In this document: positions 62,036-64,000 of the stretch, one piece after another
Position numbering within the stretch: position 1 is the first letter of the stretch
Layout: every line of letters starts with the position of its first letter
Source of the DNA: Cirrosporium novae-zelandiae
Taxonomy: Eukaryota
Reading direction: 5' to 3'
NCBI GenBank assembly: GCA_026023565.1
Contig: JAPETS010000059.1
Coordinates: 62,001-126,000 of the forward strand
DNA length: 64,000 bases
Made by a program: the position numbers and the translations under genes
The notes under the pieces: model-generated
Databases searched by the model: none
What the model saw: only the letters and a program-made list of their open reading frames with translations
What the model was told of the DNA's origin: nothing

Positions 62036-64000
62036 AGCTTTCTAGTATATAAAGGGGATACGAGTAGATACATAGACTTACTATGGTAAAATTAATGAGG
62101 CATTTGCTAAGCGTACCCCAAAGTATTTAATCGTAGTCTCTGGAAATCCGTGTATCCGTAGCAGCCCACTCTGGTTTCCCTAAGCGACCAAGACAACTTC
62201 TTTGTCTCCTGAAACGAAACATAGGAAAATAGAAGTTCAATCAATTCTCTTACCGCACATACATTCAGACAATAACCAAAGTCAGTATCCACGAGATCAC
62301 GTTCCTATGGTTCGACATGGAATTTTTCCCAAAGTGGTCAATGCTTCGTTTGGGGCAGACTCCTTGAGAACTCGAACATTCTCTGAATTGAAATTTCCTA
62401 TGCTCTTTGCTTCTATGCTTGGTCCTTAATTTGCAATCGATTAGACCTCATAATTCTCGGCTTCTGGCGCATTTCCAATTAACAGTACCCAGTATTGTCC
62501 AACAGGATAAGTAGTCATTGCAGAATGAATGTCGTTGCCTATCCGCCACCAAAGTTACAGTATCCTCTGATAAATTTCGACAAAAATAATATATGATGGG
62601 TTTACCTTCATCTAGAAACCGATGCGAATAGCACTACTTGAAAGAGTGATGTGTTGTGTTATGGCACAGACGTTCCATCAACCTTTCGCGTATCCTAATC
62701 CTGCCAAGATATGGAAAAATATAGAAGTCGGCTAGCCACTTTGGAAAGCTGAACATACCTAGGCACCGTTCAAGGCTAACTATCATTGCAGTGTTTAGGT
62801 CTCCAGGATGTTTCAGGCATTCTCGTGCACAAGGATCCACCCTACCCCTATCTTCCGGAATCCAGAACCTCAACCTTTAGGTATCTCAAATTACCAGTCT
62901 CCGGTCTCATTATCTCAGTCAGTGAAGCGACATCTAGTAACACATCACCATCGCCAGATGAACCAAAAAGGCCCTTAGCCCCTTCTCATAACAAAAGCGA
63001 AACCTCGCAGCATTCTAATCAACAACGATGGTTCGAGGTTTGACGGATTGTACATCAGGACAGCCGACCGACCTGACGAGATCGAAAAATACAAAGTAAA
63101 AAGCAATCTATAATGAGCTGGGTGGACTGGATTCCTGACAGTACTTCCCCGAAGAGAATTCACATCCACATCTTTGGTAAGCGTTACGGATTGGAAATAG
63201 CAGCATTGGTGATGAAGGCTGCCTCAAAACGCCGTACTTGGTGGTTTAAATCTGGGATATTACTCGCTGTCTAACAAGGCCTTGGACAACATCACGGGAA
63301 GGAGTGAAAATAACAGTATCCAGTAAATGATAGGAGCTCCGCATAAATACTACGAAGCAATTCGCCGTTAAAACAGCCATGTCGATTACGTATTCCAGCC
63401 ATGGCCCATGGGCCGATGATCGAATCATCTGCAACAACGCCAGAGATGAAAACTTTGGTCAGGCCATTAGCTAGATTATCAAAGACAAAGTCAGCCACGT
63501 AGATCTCGACAAGGATCTAGAGGATTCAAGCCTTGCTATATGGATGACATGGGATACAGAACAGAAGAGGAAACGTCATTATATGATGACAGCTGGGCGC
63601 AAGAATATTTCATTGCCTCGGAGGGATATAGGCAAAGTCTACCGAAGGCCAAGGATGTGACGTGAGGATTGCTGCTCTCCCAGATCCCACCATCCCTTGC
63701 CTTATGGTTGGGCTCCGAGCGTGGACCTGACCGTTATGCAGTGTCGGTATTCTCCTTCTCTACTAGGACTTCATCTTCATAGACCACACAGATCCGGTAT
63801 TATCTGAGCCCTTCCCGACATGGTCTCCCTATATTTTCAGGTTTCTCTGGCAACCGTATTCGGGATGGTTTGGTTAGACTTGATAGGACCTTTGGACAAA
63901 AAGGAAAGTTTGTTGGCTTAATGAGTGTCGTTATATATTGTGGCGAAGGGCTATAGCGTTTAGATAAGATGAGCAAATTTTGGGTTGATTTATTTACTCT

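Noticed and set aside
1..64000. tRNA, rRNA, CRISPR arrays, telomeric arrays and autonomous transposons
   Set aside because: None recognisable by eye; the DNA is eukaryotic and the repeats are microsatellites or MITEs. A covariance-model scan would be needed to exclude small ncRNAs.

Overview
Intron-containing DNA from a filamentous ascomycete (Pezizomycotina-type GT-AG introns with CTAAC/CTGAC branch sites); the species cannot be determined from sequence alone. Conserved core genes are the PHO85 CDK, separase, S-formylglutathione hydrolase, an LYR-motif protein, a SAM methyltransferase and a DUF5321-like protein. They alternate with accessory genes: MATE-like transporter, cAMP-receptor-like GPCR, acyltransferase-3, alpha/beta hydrolase, GGCT/AIG2-like, SDR and F-box. 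Several pseudogenes carry C>T/G>A nonsense changes (DUF3328/UstYa-like oxidase, cupin, tyrosinase, PD-(D/E)xK-like). There are also microsatellite-rich intergenic blocks and two small non-autonomous inverted-repeat element (MITE) families. The most notable items are not visible in the ORF track. (1) A head-to-head pair of spliced C2H2 zinc-finger genes: one has a Cys-rich CxCxxC repeat, the other is fused to ankyrin repeats whose near-identical copies differ only in one loop. (2) Nested MITEs inside GPCR introns. (3) A three-exon secreted Kex2-type pro-domain protein. All gene models were spliced by eye and no database search was run.
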